From Centroscyllium fabricii (lineage: Eukaryota): a stretch of DNA of 64,000 nt. The stretch is taken from positions 32,488,001 to 32,552,000 of the forward strand of contig JBNRSN020000012.1 of assembly GCA_051313645.2 (NCBI GenBank). Direction: 5' to 3'. This document shows, piece after piece, positions 60,201-64,000 of the stretch. How positions within the stretch are numbered: the first letter of the stretch is position 1; every line of letters begins with the position of its first letter. Both the position numbers and the translations under genes were made by a program. Under the pieces are notes generated by a model. That model was not told the DNA's origin and made no database searches. It worked only from the letters and a program-made list of their open reading frames with translations.

Positions 60201-63068
60201 TAACTCAACATTTTTGTTGGTTTGCTTAAGAAAATGTTTCTACACTGATACAGATTTTTTAGAAAATTACTGTTGTTCTGAAAAACGACATTTAACGTCT
60301 TAATACAGATAGACCCAAAATATAGACATTTCATGTAAACAAAAACACTGATTAGGAATTAGCCCAAATTATCATCGGTTGCATTATGGTGCATGTTTTA
60401 TAGGTTTTTAATACATAAATATAATAAAATTATGACCGTCAAATGTTTTGCTCTCGATATAATGGTGCAATATAGTTTTTGCAACATGTTAGTTTGTAGA
60501 AAACTTGGTATGCCCAACAAATATCAAATGACTTTGGAGTCCTTATTCGGGGTTTAGAGACACGACTGCAATGCAGGTGATGCAAGGGTCGGACGATATA
60601 CATATGGCGATGTTCATTTTCTAAAGTTGAGATTAATAACGTGTAGTGGTGTTTTCATACGCTCCAGTATTCCTTATCCCCGCATCTGCTGCTGCTCTAC
60701 ACACATCAATCAAGCGTGCAAACTTCAGCTTTGCAGAAATGACAAATACAGCCAGTCTGGTGTTTATGCAGCATGTCTTAATCACGAATATATGTCAATA
60801 TGATTCTTGGTATAATATTACTGCTATGGTCTGTCTTGAGTGTGTGTGTGTGGGGAAGTGAAAAAAAACCATATTGCATTCACCGATACTTGCAGGTGTA
60901 TACTCTGATGTGTATATCCGATGTGTGTGACATTGCCACGTATATATTTTATATTAAGTATTTGGAAACAGTCAAAACCATATAATATATATACAATTGT
61001 AAATGTATCTGCTGTAAGGCAATCAATTGGAGCCTAACTCCATTTTAATAAAATTTGAACGAGTTACAATATTTTTCTGGACCCAGCATCATATCTGTTG
61101 GGAAAGAATTTTAAATGGTTTAATTGCCGTTTTGCCTTTTCCTGTGCTTGCGTTCTTTGGGCACAGCAACAGCATTCCGAGAGTTTCAAGCTTACACTTT
61201 TGCTTCCATCATATTGCTGTGAATTTGGATACACCGATTTATGTATTTTTGTTAATACAAGTTTATCAGCATAGCATAAGACGATTGGAAAATTGAAGTA
61301 ACACTGACTCGTGGGTTCATTGGCTGGGTAGGAAAGTTCAGATTTATATTTCAATACATGCAGTCACAGAGTGAAATACCACATTAGAAAAGGGGAAAAA
61401 AAAGCCTGGTTTCTTCATTGCATTTTTAATTACGGCTGCGGGTAAGGAGATTATTGTCATCCTGTGTTCATAAAAGAATCAAGCTCCCCTTTAGATTTCT
61501 AATTTCTGGAAAATAGAGGCTGACCTTTCAGAAGCTGTTATAGAAATACAGAGGTTCATTTGAGTGTGAAATATCATTTCATTGAAAAATAATGGAGTCG
61601 GTAATCCGACTTCCGGAAACTGTCCTGAATTATTTAACACGACTCCTTTAATAGGGGATTAGTAGGAGCCTTAGAAAAAAATCTTTGCGTTCTATTCAAT
61701 GTCTTATTTTATGTTATAATTACTAGATATAAAGATGTACAGATTAGTATGCAGAAATCGTCCTGACAACACGCAGGTGCTATTCTAATCATTCAGCTTT
61801 CTTAATTAACGAATCATGTAAGAAAATCGAATAATAAAAACATTCCCGTGAAAGCTGAGGAGGTTTTGTTAGAGACTGTGTGAATGATGCCTTTAACAAG
61901 GAGCTGAAGGGTCAGACAGCAATGCACTGACTTACGACCTTTTATGTGGAAACAATCTCCTTTAAGTTTTAACTTGCAGCTTGTATATTAAGGAGACTCT
62001 ACTCTTTTTTTTAGTAAATTGTATCTCTTCTAGATTCAACATAACTTAGTCGTCTGAAGTCCGTCGACAAACGCAAGTTACGTTCCGCTGTCAATGCATT
62101 GAAATTAAACAATCTCACTGGGGTATGTTGCAAGTCGAGATATCTGGAAACTGCAGTCTTCAGTATGCTTCGCACCTCTAGCAAAGTTCAGTATAATTGC
62201 CGGAAAATGTTATACCTTGCCTTGTCTCATGCTCCCGCTAAAAATATGGACGCCAAACATTCATATATTAGCCTTCACTATAAAAAAAGCGACTGTTAAT
62301 ATTTCCTCTTGACAAGGTTTTGCACGTGACGTGAAATGTTGAGGTGGACACTAGGTATATTTAAGTTATAGCACAGATTATATGTACCTGGGATGAATGG
62401 AAAATGGGAGAAATAATTGATCACAATGGTTATTTAAACTCATAACATTAGCCGTATTTATTCCTTTGTATATTTTAGTCTGTTTATTTATTTCATTTTA
62501 TTTTGGTCTTAGTGTGCAACGATTTTTTTTAATTTGAAAGCAAGAACATTTGAAGTTTACTTACATTACGTTCAGTCTAGTACTGGTCGTTTTTGGTATT
62601 TATTTGCACATGTGTGTATATATATATATATATACTACTTGGATATATATTATATACCTATGTATGTATAATAGTTTAAATTATAATACAACTTAATTGT
62701 GGCACTATTTGAATGATTAATAACATTACCTCAAAAATGCCCCTGAGCAAGCTGTGATCTCTAAATGGTCACATGACTCACATACACGCCAGAATGAGAG
62801 GATCCATATTCTTCCCAATAATATTGGGACCAATTACAACGAGTAGTTTTACTAACTGAAATAACCAGTCGACACACGAGTGTGCAAGTACAGATCCGAT
62901 TAAGTAGGATTTATATAATCTCCCTGTTTACTTTTAATTGCTTTTTTTTTCTCCCAAACTTGTCGGGCTCCTGCGACCACTCGTGTTTTTATATTATTTT
63001 TTTTTTCATTTGTGGCACTTACCTCGTTCATTCTGACCACTCCCTCTCGTTTCTTTCCTCTTTCTCTC

Positions 63069-63079
<11 letters not shown>

Positions 63080-63100
<21 letters not shown>
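63080..63100. repeat. (CA)n microsatellite
   Basis: Direct reading. Confidence 0.9.
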
Positions 63101-64000
63101 GTGTCAATACTCATTTCTAAGATTAGTGCAGCGGGTGTAAATGATAGGTTTCTAAGAAGCGATGCAAAGTACTCCAGCAGTTTTAGAACACAATAAAAGT
63201 ATTAGGATATCAGCCGCACTCCAAATGATCACGCGTTAAATTATTTTGCTTTCACGGATGAAGAGGCTTTCTACAATGTAAATCAAGCGCCTTCGTTATT
63301 AAGTCTGAACACTAATCTCTAACAACCTTTACATAATGTGGCAGAATGTGCCACACTATTTCGCACCTGCACTATGAATAGAACCGTCTTTTGAATATAA
63401 GACACGCTTGTTGCCCTTCTGTTCCAAAGCAGTTGTCTGAATAAGTCAAGCGGCCTGAATGCCCATACTTGCTTTTCTGTTGCCCCTTTGATCACAGAAA
63501 ATTTCTTCTAATTTGTCCTTTTCTTTGTAACAACGTTTCCAAATCTTTTTTTTTTTAATCACTTTTCAAAACGCATTTTGTAAAAAGAACATAAATCGGC
63601 CAGGAAGACAAAAGTCCTTGGGAAACATTTAAAGTCATTCAGGGTTTTGTAAAGCTGTAGAATACAAGCAAGATTGTTGCATGTTACTTGACTGAAAGTG
63701 ATGTTTAAATGCACATAACCTTGAATATCAGTGCCGGGCAGTTTGAAGGGGAGAACATTTTCACAAATATCAAACATTGTTTGGTCAAAGCTGACCCTTC
63801 CCTTTGTTTGTGATTAATCGGGCTGATTAAAACGGTAGGGTTACAGAAACCCTTGTCTGTACACACTGAATATTGAGGGGCTACAGCAGACTTCGCACAA
63901 CATGATTCGACTACTTGTTTTTAAATTAAACGCCTTAAGTGGGCTTTACTCCTGGACCCTGAAGGAAAGACGCTAAAATATGAAGCAAAATCGCAGCTCA

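Overview
Eukaryotic vertebrate genomic DNA, most likely a cartilaginous fish (shark/ray), judged from HE1-type V-SINEs, a Deu-domain SINE and abundant CR1 LINEs. Bases 1 to ~20.6 kb are a nest of transposable elements: a TSD-bounded Tx1/L1-like element holding hAT, Rex1-like, CR1 and SINE insertions, plus further CR1/L2 LINEs, SINEs and a Charlie-type hAT. From ~21 kb to the end the DNA is nearly TE-free and holds the head-to-head pair Zic1 (minus strand, 3 coding exons, 445 aa) and Zic4 (plus strand, 2 coding exons, 532 aa), with a 216-bp N gap between them. Two results stand out. (1) Zic1 and Zic4 share a 256-nt inverted repeat across the zinc-finger part of exon 1 that is 254/256 identical including synonymous sites, while adjacent amino-acid-identical codons differ at most synonymous sites; this is the signature of gene conversion between ancient paralogs. 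(2) A family of ~100-210 bp Penelope-like insertions with 11-13 bp TSDs, mostly fold-back hairpins, carries minimal hammerhead ribozyme motifs; these short PLE-type insertions are the only TEs I recognised inside the TE-poor Zic block. Repeat family names are from pattern recognition only; no database search was run.
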